Shown piece after piece: positions 9,636 to 19,450 of a stretch of 64,000 nt of DNA. Each line of letters opens with the position of its first letter. The stretch's first letter is position 1. Source of the stretch: an uncultured Pseudomonadota bacterium (GTDB lineage Bacteria > Myxococcota_A > Polyangia > Fen-1088); NCBI GenBank assembly GCA_963729535.1, contig CAVSOL010000025.1:1646-65645 (forward strand), written 5' to 3'. Below the pieces are notes generated by a model, which was not told the origin of the DNA, made no database searches, and saw nothing but the letters and a program-made list of their open reading frames with translations. The position numbers and the translations under genes were made by a program.

Positions 9636-10255
9636 GGTTCGTTCTCCTGCTCTTTGTTGCGGCGCTGCTCGGTCAGGCGCTGTTCGGCCAGGAAGCGAGC
9701 CCGGGCGCGGAACAACCACACCCGCACAGTGCTGATCTTGGTGTCCAGGAGGTCGGCGATCTCGGCGGCTGAGAGCTCCTCCATCTCGAAGAGCACGATG
9801 ACGTTTCGCTCCTTCTCCGACAGGCGGTTCAAGATCTCGAACGCCAGCTGCGCCTCTTGCCGCGCCGCCAGCACCTCGAACGGCCCTGACGAATACGAGG
9901 GCGCCCTGCGCGCCGCGGGCTCGGACCACGGCAACAAGAACCGCCGCGTCAGGGCACGGCGCCGGTGGTTACGGACCGTCTTGTCGGTGATGCGAAACAA
10001 CCAGGTGGTGAGCTTGGCGTCGCCGCGAAAGCTGCCGAGCTTGCGGTCGACCACCGAGAACACGTCCTGAACGACGTCTTCCACGTCGACGCGTAGCGCA
10101 CCCAGGCGAGCCGCCCATCGGGCCACGTCGCCGGCATGGCGTCGATAGATCTCGCTGGCGGTCTGCGGTTCTTCGCTTCCGGGCGGACGGGGCAGTGGCA
10201 AGACCGGAGACACGGGTGGCTCGCGAGCCTCTTGTGTCGAGGGGGCTGGTTTCAT
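9632..10255 (-). CDS. ECF sigma-70 factor
   Basis: Region 2 (DVVQDVFSVVDRKL...TWLFRITDKTVRNHRR) and region 4 (IVLFEMEELSAAEIADLLDTKISTVRVWLFRARARF). Confidence 0.9.
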   Translation of the reverse strand: MKPAPSTQEAREPPVSPVLPLPRPPGSEEPQTASEIYRRHAGDVARWAARLGALRVDVEDVVQDVFSVVDRKLGSFRGDAKLTTWLFRITDKTVRNHRRRALTRRFLLPWSEPAARRAPSYSSGPFEVLAARQEAQLAFEILNRLSEKERNVIVLFEMEELSAAEIADLLDTKISTVRVWLFRARARFLAEQRLTEQRRNKEQENEP

Positions 10256-10256
10256 T

Positions 10257-11288
10257 TCACGGCGTCAGTGAAAAAGTTCCGCCCAGCGCCAAACGCCCTT
10301 CGAGCACGGGCAAGGTCCGGGTGTTCGCAACGTTGCCCGCCGAAAGAACTTGCTGGCCAGGCCAGGCCACGGCGGAGACGTCGAGCCAGATGCTGGCCTG
10401 TGGCGACAACGAACGCTGCACGCGCAAACCAAGGTCCGCCCCCGCCTGCCAAACCGTTCCCTGCCGGTTGGAGGTGAACCCGTCACCTTGAACGGAGACC
10501 CGGGACACCAGGACATCGCCGCGCAGCGATGTCCCCAGCCATCCCGTTCCCACATCTATCACGGCGCCCACGCCTGCCGTGAGACGGGCCCACCTGGCAT
10601 TGCCGGGCTCCAGTGCGACTGACTTTTCCCCCGTGTCCTCGACGGTCAGTCGGCCCCAGACGCGTCCGGCCCACGGTTGCGCTTGAAGCTCGAGTATCCC
10701 CAGCGGGGCCAGACCCGCGGCGTCCACGGAAGCCACCAGCGCGGCACCCAACCTCGCCGCCGGCCCTCCTCGATGGATGTCCTGCCGTTCGGGCGCAGTG
10801 ACCGTCGCAGCCGGCGGCCGCGGGCTTGCGATCGCCGCCGGTGCTGCGACGCTCAAACGCGTCTGCCAGATCGCGAGCAGGACGGCGGCGCGGTGGGCCC
10901 GTTCCTCGCACGAGCCTTCGAGCACACTTTCACCGACGATCGTCCCGTGGGCGTCTGTCAGCCGCACCGCCGTCTCGAGGCCGCGGGCGATGACTTCGCC
11001 GTGGTCGCCGCCTGCGGCGACAGGACCGGGACCGGACGTGGTCGGATTCCCAGCATCCTCGGGCAACATCGTTGCCAGCAGCGCTGCGACTTCGTCCGGA
11101 CGAGGGCACGAAGCGTCCCCGCTCACCGTGGGCCCCGCCGCCGTCGCCAGCCACGCACTCCAAAGCGTCAGGAAGAGGGTCAACGGAACGAATGGTAGCC
11201 ACCGCCGCAGGCGATCTTCAACGACAACCGCCTTCGCGTCGTGCGTGGGATCAGCGCGAGGCCGCCGGCGATCAAACTGGCGGCGCAA
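10257..11288 (-). CDS. Secreted or outer-membrane beta-rich protein, first gene of the ECF operon (unknown function)
   Basis: Hydrophobic signal (LPFVPLTLFLTLWSAWLATAAG). C-terminal half of alternating beta-strand-like segments ending ...RLALGGTFSLTP. Its stop lies 1 nt before the sigma ATG. Confidence 0.65.
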   Translation of the reverse strand: MRRQFDRRRPRADPTHDAKAVVVEDRLRRWLPFVPLTLFLTLWSAWLATAAGPTVSGDASCPRPDEVAALLATMLPEDAGNPTTSGPGPVAAGGDHGEVIARGLETAVRLTDAHGTIVGESVLEGSCEERAHRAAVLLAIWQTRLSVAAPAAIASPRPPAATVTAPERQDIHRGGPAARLGAALVASVDAAGLAPLGILELQAQPWAGRVWGRLTVEDTGEKSVALEPGNARWARLTAGVGAVIDVGTGWLGTSLRGDVLVSRVSVQGDGFTSNRQGTVWQAGADLGLRVQRSLSPQASIWLDVSAVAWPGQQVLSAGNVANTRTLPVLEGRLALGGTFSLTP

Positions 11289-11379
11289 TCATACGGTTGC
11301 GGGTGCAGCGCCTCGTCGGATTACATCCTGATTGCTTGGCGGAGTCCGCCGCGACGCTGTAAAGCCAGCCCTCACAAGT

Positions 11380-11395
11380 GTGCGGAGGTCCGCAC
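11380..11395. promoter_or_regulatory. Perfect 16-bp palindrome in a divergent intergenic region (candidate operator)
   Basis: GTGCGGA-GG-TCCGCAC, between the minus-strand ECF operon start (11288) and the plus-strand regulator gene. Confidence 0.3.
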
Positions 11396-11436
11396 GCTTC
11401 CGTGCCGCGGGCGCTGAACAACCGCTGTCCGGCGCG

Positions 11437-12723
11437 ATGCTGATCGGTGGCACGCCTGATGAAGAGAGTCACCGCCATGACTCGAAGCCCCCCAAGAGCC
11501 GGCGGCGGATTGCCGCGCACGCGTGTCACGTGACGGCCGAAGCGCGCGACACGGCCCGACAGGCTGCGGGCAGCCACCCGCTGGCGGCGGTTGACGGCCA
11601 CCGCGGACCCAGCTGCGAAGATGAAAGAACCACGGTGCTCGTGTTCGCAGAAGCGCCCGTGTTGCGCGGTAAGGCGTGCGCGCGGCTGACCGACGAGCAC
11701 GATGTCCTGCTGGCCGAGCGACCGATCGACCTCGTCGAGCAAACCCGCCGCTACCTGCCCGAGGTGGTGGTGCTGGCCATGGATGCTACGGACCGCGTCC
11801 GGTTCGTCGACCTGTTGAGCGGGTTGCGCGCTCATGCCGATCTCGCGCCCATTGCCGTGATGGCTCTGACCACGCGAGGCGAGGCGGCCGAGCGTGCCCG
11901 CCTGCTCGATGGCGGCGCCGACGACTGCATGACGTGGGATTGCTCCGATATCGAGCTGCGCGCTCGCCTTCGGGCGCTGGCGCGCGGGCGGCGGCTCCAC
12001 CGCGACCTCGAACACGCGAAACGCCACCTCGCTCTCAGGCTACACCGCCAGGCGAGCGAGCTCGCGCGTCTCACCGAGCTGACGCGTTTGGTGCCCGTTT
12101 CCGTCGCGACACAGCAAGCGTTCCGGTGCGAAGGGGAATACTGGACGATCACGTACGCAGGCGCCGCCGTGCGCCTCAAGCAATCGGTCGGGCTGCGTTA
12201 CCTGGCTCAGCTCCTGGCGCGCCCTCACGTTGAAGTCCCTGCCGTCGTGCTCGCCGCCTCGACCTCGGACTCGCCTTCGCCAGCGCCAACGCGGGCTCGG
12301 CTCGATGCCGGTGGCTTCGGCGGGGCGTCGCGCAGGATGCCCGCGGGCGACGCGACCGGGTTTGCGCTCATCGATGCGCGCGCTCAGGCGGCGTACCGGC
12401 GGCGACTGGACGATCTGCGCGAGCTTCGCGACGAGGCGGATGCTTTCGGCGACGACGAACGAAAGGCGCGCGTCGGCCAGGAGATCGAGGCGCTGTCCCG
12501 CGAGCTGGCCCGCGCGATCGGGTTGGGCGGCCGCGACCGCCGGACGGCGCACGCCGCAGAGAAGGCACGTCTCAACGTCACCCGCGCGATCCGCACCGTC
12601 ATCGCCAGGATGAAAGCGCATCACCAACCGTTGGCCTGGCAACTGTCGGCCAGCGTGCGAACCGGCACATTCTGCTGTTACGAGCCGCCGCCCGGGACCG
12701 AAGCGCGCTGGGACATCGGCTGA
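11437..12723 (+). CDS. Regulator with atypical (pseudo-)receiver domain and C-terminal helical/putative DNA-binding region; start uncertain
   Basis: Receiver-like layout (VLVFAEAP...VVVLAMDATD...IAVMALTT...GADDCMTWDC). Then FRCEGEYWTITYAGAAVRLKQSVGLRYLAQLL and a coiled-coil-like tail. ATG 11437 or a GTG near 11634. Confidence 0.6.
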   Translation: MLIGGTPDEESHRHDSKPPKSRRRIAAHACHVTAEARDTARQAAGSHPLAAVDGHRGPSCEDERTTVLVFAEAPVLRGKACARLTDEHDVLLAERPIDLVEQTRRYLPEVVVLAMDATDRVRFVDLLSGLRAHADLAPIAVMALTTRGEAAERARLLDGGADDCMTWDCSDIELRARLRALARGRRLHRDLEHAKRHLALRLHRQASELARLTELTRLVPVSVATQQAFRCEGEYWTITYAGAAVRLKQSVGLRYLAQLLARPHVEVPAVVLAASTSDSPSPAPTRARLDAGGFGGASRRMPAGDATGFALIDARAQAAYRRRLDDLRELRDEADAFGDDERKARVGQEIEALSRELARAIGLGGRDRRTAHAAEKARLNVTRAIRTVIARMKAHHQPLAWQLSASVRTGTFCCYEPPPGTEARWDIG

Positions 12724-12804
12724 TGTTCAAGCGCGGCGAACGTCGTTCAGCGAAAACGAACGCCTTGCTGATGGAAGTCCGACTCAACGAAAGGACCAGA
12801 CATC

Positions 12805-13749
12805 ATGCGAACCACGAAGACACTTACAGGGAGCCTGACCCTCGCACTGCTCGCGCCACTCGGCGCGTTCTCCGCCGGTTGCTCGACCTCGCCGTCCACC
12901 GAAACCGGTGCGCCGATCGAGGGTGAGCAAGCGGCCGTCACCAGCCTCGCGACCCTCAATGTCGGCTACGGGACGATCGAGTTCCAGAAGCTCACCGCCC
13001 CCGACGGCTCGTTCCACATCGGCATGCAGGAGTTCGCGCCGAACACGGCCATCAGCACGCCCGTCGACAGCCTGCTCACGGGCCGCCGCCTGACATCACT
13101 GGAGGTCTTCCGGGCCATCGCCCCCGACCAGCAGGCGCCGACGCTGATCACCGAGATGCACCCCGTCGAAGCGGGTGCCCTGGGCCGCAGCGACGCGACC
13201 GTCTTGTCGGTGGCGTTCGATCGCAATGCGCCCGTCGAGAAGTCCGCCGCCTCGTGCGACGCCTGGGCCCTCCAGGACACGAACGAGTTCGAGGACTGGG
13301 ACAAGGTGCGGAAGGTCAACAGCGTGTCGGGCGACAAGTGGCTGGCGGTCGGCAACTCGGTGGCGGATTGGAGTTTCCCGACCACCGCCCGCGTCACCAT
13401 GGGCGTCTGCAACGAGAGCAACGTCGCGATCCAGGGCCGCATCGCATGGGACACGGACGCTGACTCCGTGGGCTGGATCTACAGCGGCTTCTCCACCATC
13501 AACGTGGGCATCAGGTGGCGCTGGTGGAACTTCTCCAAGTCGACGCCGAATTGCGCGAACGTCCCCCCGGGCCTCATCTGCGTGAGCCAGTTCGCGGTTC
13601 GCTACGGCGTCAACGGCGTGTCCCCGGCGGGCAAGCTCTATCACCAGCGCTCGGCCGTGATCGGGCCGGAGAAGTGCACGACCGTGGCGGACTGCCCGGG
13701 GAGCTTCTACCGCTGCTCGGCTGGCATCTGCGTGCCTGAGCCTCACTAA
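12805..13749 (+). CDS. Lipoprotein, unknown function, Cys-rich C-terminus
   Basis: ATG with lipobox FSAGC; ends CTTVADCPGSFYRCSAGICVPEPH. Confidence 0.75.
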   Translation: MRTTKTLTGSLTLALLAPLGAFSAGCSTSPSTETGAPIEGEQAAVTSLATLNVGYGTIEFQKLTAPDGSFHIGMQEFAPNTAISTPVDSLLTGRRLTSLEVFRAIAPDQQAPTLITEMHPVEAGALGRSDATVLSVAFDRNAPVEKSAASCDAWALQDTNEFEDWDKVRKVNSVSGDKWLAVGNSVADWSFPTTARVTMGVCNESNVAIQGRIAWDTDADSVGWIYSGFSTINVGIRWRWWNFSKSTPNCANVPPGLICVSQFAVRYGVNGVSPAGKLYHQRSAVIGPEKCTTVADCPGSFYRCSAGICVPEPH

Positions 13750-13775
13750 CCCGAACCATCACCGAACATGCCGAG

Positions 13776-14606
13776 GTGGTTGTGAAGTTGGGGGCGAGGC
13801 CAGGGCTCGCCCCCGTGTTACGGGCGCCCGCCGCGAGGACACGACCCCTCGCGCGCGGGCGCTGCGCGTTGGTCACGCTGCTTTGCTGTCTGCCTTGGGC
13901 CGGCGGCTGCGGCGCGGCCTCCGCCGGTGACGCCTGCGTCGAATCGGCGGCGATACTCGGCTCCACGGTGGCCAGCAACGCGTCCGGCGCGGGGCTCGAA
14001 AGCGACGTCGGTTACCTGCGCGTCGAGGCGGACGTCGAAGCGTCGCCGTCGCGAACCGTGACCCTGACCCGGATCTGTTCCGTCGCCCGGATCGCACCCG
14101 GGCTCGCGCTCAGCGCCGCCCACTGCGTCGACGACCTGCTTTCGTTCCGGGCCGAGGTCGGCTTCGGCGCTGCCGTACCGGCGCCGGATCCATCGGGCTG
14201 CCATTCGAGTCTCGCGGGCGCCGTGACGGCGGTGAGCCGTGGTACGGGTGATCTCATGGCGGTTCGGTTCGAAGACGCGAACGACGCCCCCGGTCTGACC
14301 ATACACACCGCGCCGATCGCCGTCGGGACGGCGGTGTTGCTCGCGGGGTATGGCGTCGCGGAGCAGGGCATCGGCGTTCGCCTGTTTGCCGACGCCGTCG
14401 TCACGGGAGTCGGCGACGCCACCTACCTTGTCGAGGTGCCGGGAGGCGGTGCTTGCACGGGCGACTCGGGGGGACCGATGTTGGTCCGAGACCCGACCGG
14501 CCGCTTCGAGGTCGGCGGTGTCTTATGGCGAGGTAGCCTGAGCTGCAGGGGGCAAGACGAGTACACGTCCACCTCGGGTGTGTCTATCGACGTCGACGAC
14601 TTCTAG
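13776..14606 (+). CDS. Trypsin-like (S1) serine protease, probable lipoprotein
   Basis: LSAAHCV (His) and CTGDSGGPM (Ser) motifs; lipobox-like WAGGC. Confidence 0.8.
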   Translation: MVVKLGARPGLAPVLRAPAARTRPLARGRCALVTLLCCLPWAGGCGAASAGDACVESAAILGSTVASNASGAGLESDVGYLRVEADVEASPSRTVTLTRICSVARIAPGLALSAAHCVDDLLSFRAEVGFGAAVPAPDPSGCHSSLAGAVTAVSRGTGDLMAVRFEDANDAPGLTIHTAPIAVGTAVLLAGYGVAEQGIGVRLFADAVVTGVGDATYLVEVPGGGACTGDSGGPMLVRDPTGRFEVGGVLWRGSLSCRGQDEYTSTSGVSIDVDDF

Positions 14607-14633
14607 CGAACGCAGTCCAGCACGGCGTGGCGG

Positions 14634-16922
14634 TCAGGGGCAGCCAGCGCCCGCGCCTCGATCGGCGCACAGCGCCCGCAGCGTCGCCTGGATCTGTCGG
14701 TTGTCGGGGAACCGCGCCCGAGCATCCGACAGCGTCGCCAGCGCGCGCTCTAGCTGGCGCGTGGAGTAGAGGCCCACGCCGTAGGCGTAGGCGTAGTGGC
14801 TGTTCCCGGGCGCCAGCTCCGCGGCGCGAGCCAGCTGGCGGACGCCCTGCTCGGCCTGCTTGCGGCGCACCAGCGCCAGCCCCAGCGCGTGGTGCGCGTC
14901 CGCCGATTCGGGATAGAGCGCGCAGGCCTTTCGCAGCAGCGCCTCCGCGGTCGCGTCGTCGCCCGCGCCGCGCAGGTGATCGGCGAAGTTCAGGTAGGCG
15001 ACGATGGAGGTGTCGTCCAGGCGCAGCGCCCGCTCGAACGCCGCCTGCGCCGCCGCCCCGTCCCCTTCCGCCCGGTGCACACCCGCCTGCGCGACCACCG
15101 CCTCGGCCCGGTCGCCGTTCGCGGCCAGCCAGGCGCGGTGCTCGGCGAACACGGCGTCGACGTCGCGGCGTTCGTCGGGCCCCATCGCAGTCCGGTCCGC
15201 GCCGGCGAGCAGGGGCGCGGCGGCGAGGCGCACGGCGCGCGCCGGATCCGCGGCCAGCGGCGCGACGGCCGACACCCGCGCCGTCAGCGGCGCGCCCGCG
15301 AGCGCCTGGACCGCGCCCAGCCGCAGCCACGGATCGGCGGCGCGCAGGTGCGGCGGCGCGAGCGCCAGCGCCTCGGACGGCGCCACAGATGCCAGCGCGG
15401 TGGCCTTGGCGATCCCCGCGGCCGCAGGGTCGGCCAGCAGCGCGCCCAGCGCCGCCGCGGCGTCGTGCTCTTCGCCGCGCACCCGCGTCAGCGCCGGGCC
15501 CAGCGCCTCGGCGGCGGACGGTCCCTGTCGCCGGCCCGTCGCGTGACTGCGGATCGCCGCCGCCGCCCACGCGGGGCCGCGATCCGCGTGGCACGCGCTG
15601 CACGCGTCCGGCGTCCCCAGTGCCGTGGCCAGATCGGGGCGCGGGACGGCGATGCGGTGATCGCGGCGGGCGTGCACCACCATGTACGTGCGCGACGGCA
15701 TGTGGCAGCTCACGCAGCGCGCGCCGTCGGTGCCGGCACGGTGGAAGTGGTGCTGGCCGCTGTCGAACGTCTGCCGGTCGTGGCACTGCGTGCACAGCGC
15801 GTTGCCCTCGGCGCGCAGCTTGGCGGTGTGCGGATCGTGGCACTGGCTGCACGTGACCCCGCGCGCGGCCATCTTGCTCTGAAGAAAAGAGCCGATCTCG
15901 AACACCTCGTCCTTGATCTGGCCGTCGACGAAGTAGAGGCCGTCGCCGAGCAGCTCCGGACGCCAGGTGTCGTGCATCCGCTCGCGCGACGGGTCTTCGC
16001 GCAGGCGGACGCGGCGCGCGTGGCAGACGCCGCATTGATCGAGCTGCTCAGCCTGGCTGTGCAGGCCGTTGACCAGGGCGCGTGCGGCAAGGGTGGGCGT
16101 CGCGGGCTTGCCGGCGGCGGCGTCGCCTCGCTGCTCCGTCGCCGCGACGTGCGCCGATCCGGCGCCGTGGCAGCTCTCGCAGCCGTTGCCGACCTCGCTC
16201 CAGCGGCTGTCGAACCGACCCAATCCATCCAAACCACTTTCCGGCTTGCCCGCCGCCGCGGAGAAGCGCTTGCTGAAGGCGGTGGTGTGGCAGTCGCCGC
16301 ACATGTGATTCCAGTTCTGCCGCGGCCGCGTCCAGAACAGCGGATCCGCCGGGCCGACATCGGTGTCGGGGTAGAGGTGGAACCAGCGCTCGCCGCCCTG
16401 CGCGCGCGGGCGCGTGTCCCAGGCGAACGGCAGCGCCTGCAACCGCCCGTCGGGGAACGCCACCAGGTACTGCTGCAGCGGCGCGTACCCCAGCGTGTAC
16501 GCCACGGTGAAGGTCTCGGTCCGGCCCTGCTGGTTCTCGGTCGTCACCTGGAACGCGCCTCCGCTGCGCGAGAAGCGCGTCTCGCGTCCGAAGTAGCGAA
16601 ACGTGGCGCCGTCGAAGTCGCCGCGCACGCTGCGCGCGTCGGCCGGCTCCATCGCGTGGCGGTGGTGGGATGTGCTCCACGCGGCGTGCTGGGTGGCGTG
16701 ACAGCCCGCGCAGGCCTGTGAGCCCACGAAGTGGCTGTCGGGTGGGGGACCGGGCTCGGCGCTCGGCGTCGCGGGCGCGCCGGCTCGATCGGCGCGGACG
16801 CGCGTCAGCGCCACCAGGACGATCGCCACCGCCGCGGCCACCCCGATCGCCACGACCGCCGCCGCGCCGACGCGACGGCGCGTGCTGGGACTGGATCTGA
16901 ATCTGGGCTGGCGTGGGCTCAT
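14634..16922 (-). CDS. Membrane-anchored multihaem (8 x CxxCH) cytochrome c with C-terminal TPR repeats
   Basis: CAGCH, CGDCH, CESCH, CGVCH, CSQCH, CTQCH, CVSCH, CSACH. N-terminal anchor AAAVVAIGVAAAVAIVLVAL. TPR-like helices in the last 250 aa or so. Confidence 0.9.
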   Translation of the reverse strand: MSPRQPRFRSSPSTRRRVGAAAVVAIGVAAAVAIVLVALTRVRADRAGAPATPSAEPGPPPDSHFVGSQACAGCHATQHAAWSTSHHRHAMEPADARSVRGDFDGATFRYFGRETRFSRSGGAFQVTTENQQGRTETFTVAYTLGYAPLQQYLVAFPDGRLQALPFAWDTRPRAQGGERWFHLYPDTDVGPADPLFWTRPRQNWNHMCGDCHTTAFSKRFSAAAGKPESGLDGLGRFDSRWSEVGNGCESCHGAGSAHVAATEQRGDAAAGKPATPTLAARALVNGLHSQAEQLDQCGVCHARRVRLREDPSRERMHDTWRPELLGDGLYFVDGQIKDEVFEIGSFLQSKMAARGVTCSQCHDPHTAKLRAEGNALCTQCHDRQTFDSGQHHFHRAGTDGARCVSCHMPSRTYMVVHARRDHRIAVPRPDLATALGTPDACSACHADRGPAWAAAAIRSHATGRRQGPSAAEALGPALTRVRGEEHDAAAALGALLADPAAAGIAKATALASVAPSEALALAPPHLRAADPWLRLGAVQALAGAPLTARVSAVAPLAADPARAVRLAAAPLLAGADRTAMGPDERRDVDAVFAEHRAWLAANGDRAEAVVAQAGVHRAEGDGAAAQAAFERALRLDDTSIVAYLNFADHLRGAGDDATAEALLRKACALYPESADAHHALGLALVRRKQAEQGVRQLARAAELAPGNSHYAYAYGVGLYSTRQLERALATLSDARARFPDNRQIQATLRALCADRGAGAGCP

Positions 16923-16953
16923 TGCGTACGGAGATCTTGTATAGTGAATCTGT

Positions 16954-16969
16954 GTCTTGATTGCAAGAC
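16954..16969. promoter_or_regulatory. Inverted repeat in the AT-richer divergent region between the cytochrome and sulfatase genes
   Basis: GTCTTG-ATTG-CAAGAC, with a related half-site (TCTTGCATTGG) about 85 nt downstream. Confidence 0.3.
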
Positions 16970-17168
16970 CAAGCGCGGGCGAGCCAAGCGCAGGCGCCTC
17001 GGTGGTTCACGACGAAGCACGCCGCCCTGGCGCCTGTATTTGATTTATCTTGCATTGGAGAAGTCTGTCTATTATCAAGGACACCGCCGTGACCATCGAT
17101 CCCTGTCGTTAGCGCCCGAGCCAGCCCGAGTGGGCGGGCCGGACGCTTACAAGCGAAAGGGATTTCCG

Positions 17169-19273
17169 ATGAAAAGAAGCTGGCAGGGCAGGTCCGGGCC
17201 GTTCGCGCGGCTCGGTACGGTTCCTCTCATCTGGCTGGCGATCGCCGCGAGCGGACCGATCGCGGGATGCTCGAGCGAACGGAGCAACCACGTTGATGTC
17301 GAGCAGACCGGTTCGATCGGCTTCAACTTGACGGCGGCTCCGGGCGTCACGCTGAGCTCCGTCACGTACACCATCACCGGCAATGGTTTCACCAAGACCG
17401 GCGCCATCGACACCAGCGGCTCGCCGACCATCAGCGGGACGATCGGCGGCATACCCGCCGGCAAGGGCTACACCATCACGCTGACGGCGACGTCGTCCGA
17501 GGGCGACACGACGTTCACCGGATCGGCCGCGTTCGACGTGACCGCCGGGGGAACGTCGTCGGTGACGGTCCGTCTGACGGGCACCAGCAGGACCGGCAAC
17601 GGCAGCGTGACGGTGAACGGCACCATCAACGTGGCCCCGCGCATCGATGCGGTGACCGTGACACCCCTGACGGTGTTCGTCGGCGGCGCCATCACGCTCT
17701 CGGCGGTTGGCACCGACCCAGACGGGACGCCGTCGCCGCTGAGCTACTACTGGTCGACCACCGGCGGAGTCATCGACAACCCGATCGGACCGAACGCGAC
17801 GCTGACCAGCGCGAGCCCCGGCACCTTCACGATCAACCTGACCGTCTCGGACGGGGACGCGACCGACACCGCGACCACGACGGTGACATTCGTCAAGCCG
17901 TCCGCCGGTGGCGGTAGCGGCGGTGCCGGCGGCGGCGGCGGTGCCGGCGGCGCGCCGGTCGCGAGCAAGCCCAACGTCTTGTTGATCATCGCCGACGATC
18001 TGGGGGCCGAGTCCACCAGCGCTATATCCCGCCCTCGCGGGGACTCAGGGCCAGGTGTCGATCCCGAACATCGAGGCGCTCGCACAGAACGGCCTCGTGT
18101 TCGACAACGCGTGGGCGAGCCCCGTGTGCTCGCCGACCCGCGGCACCATCGTCAGCGGCCTCTACGGCTATCGCACCGGCGTGACGACGGTGGGCAACGT
18201 GCTGCCGACGTCGACCGTCACGCTCTTCGACCGCCTCACCGCCGACAGCCCCACCTACTCGCACGCTTTCTTCGGCAAGTACCACGTCGGCGGCGGCAGC
18301 ATCGATCCACGCGCGGGCGTCTCGTTCCCGACCGCCCCCGCGATTCTCCAGCACGTGCGTGACCTGGGGATCACGACGTTCCGAGGAATCCTCGGCGGCG
18401 GCGTCGTCGACTACTTCAACTGGGTGGCGTACGACATCAACGGGCCCGCGGTCGCCAACACGACGTACGCGACGACCGCCCTCACGGACTACGCGATCGA
18501 CTACATTCGCCAGCACGAGGCCACGAAGCCCGACGAGCCGTGGTTCGTCTACCAGGCGTACAACGCACCTCACGCCGCCAACGGCGGCAACAATCCGTAC
18601 CAGGTGCCCCCGGCCAACCTCCACCACGTCGACCTCAGCTCGGTCGGCAACCCCGCACCGGGCGCCTACGCGACCAACATTCCGATCTACCAGGCCGATA
18701 TCCAGAGCCTGGACACCGAGCTCGGCAGATTGCTGGCCGCGGTCGACCTCGACGAAGACGACGGTCATCTTCGTCGGCGACAACGGCGTCCCGCCCCCCG
18801 TGAAGGATACGGGCACCGGGCTGCGCGACGCCAAGGGGAGCGTGTACGAGGGCGGGGTGCGGGTGCCGCTCATCGTCGCGGGTGCCGGCGTGACGCGCCG
18901 GGGTCGGGAGGACAACCTCTTCGTGACCACCGATCTCTACGCGACCGTTCTGGATCTCGCCGGGGTGCCCGTCAGCCACGTCAACAACAGCTACAGCATC
19001 AAGCCGGTGCTCAGCGACGAGGCCGCCGCGAGCGGACGCACGCACTCCTTCTCGGAGGTCTCGAACGGCACGAACCAGCGCCGGTACGGGCTCCGTGACA
19101 CGCGCTTCAAGCTGATCAACAACGTCGGGCGGTGGGAGCTGTACGACCTCGTCGCCGATTCGCACGAGGCGACCAACTTGTACGACAACGGACAGTACGC
19201 GGCGGTGCGCGCCGCCCTCCAGGCCGAGATCGCGGTGCTGAAGACCGACGCGCCTCCCGGCTACTTCCAGTGA
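17169..19273 (+). pseudogene. Lipoprotein sulfatase with N-terminal Ig/PKD-like modules, interrupted by two +1 frame breaks
   Basis: Lipobox IAGCSS and PKD-like module (SAVGTDPDGTPSPLSYYWS). Sulfatase motifs are split over three frames: NVLLIIADDLGAES (frame 0), CSPTRGTIVSG (frame 1), TTVIFVGDNG and KGSVYEGGVRVPLIV (frame 2). Breaks lie near 18020 and 18755. Confidence 0.85.
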
Positions 19274-19297
19274 GGCGCTAGCGCGCCTTCGGCGCTC

Positions 19298-19322
19298 GTG
19301 GGGGGCTGATGCAAGCCCCCAC
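19298..19322. terminator. GC-rich hairpin between convergent genes
   Basis: GTGGGGG(G)CT-GATGCA-AGCCCCCAC between the sulfatase stop (19273) and the RND stop (19451). Confidence 0.5.
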
Positions 19323-19450
19323 GGGCCGCCGCCCCGCGCTCTACTTACCGTCGCAACTACCGGTCCGTGACGACGGCGACCGTATACGGTCTCTGCGCCG
19401 CCGATCGACTAGCGCAGGCCAGGGGGCTCCCGCGGTGCTGGGGATCTCCG

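Noticed and set aside
14584-16721. ORFs 14584-16035 (minus), 14627-15856 (plus) and 14796-16721 (plus) overlapping the cytochrome gene
   Set aside because: There are no CxxCH motifs or other motifs and the Arg/Ala/Pro bias is extreme. The 762-aa frame explains the region.
16731-17168. Upstream extensions of ORFs (16731-17168, 4983-5339, 35239-35376, 42059-42649, 30408-30437)
   Set aside because: In each case an internal start with an RBS or overlap coupling, followed by a lipobox or signal peptide, gives a more credible N-terminus.
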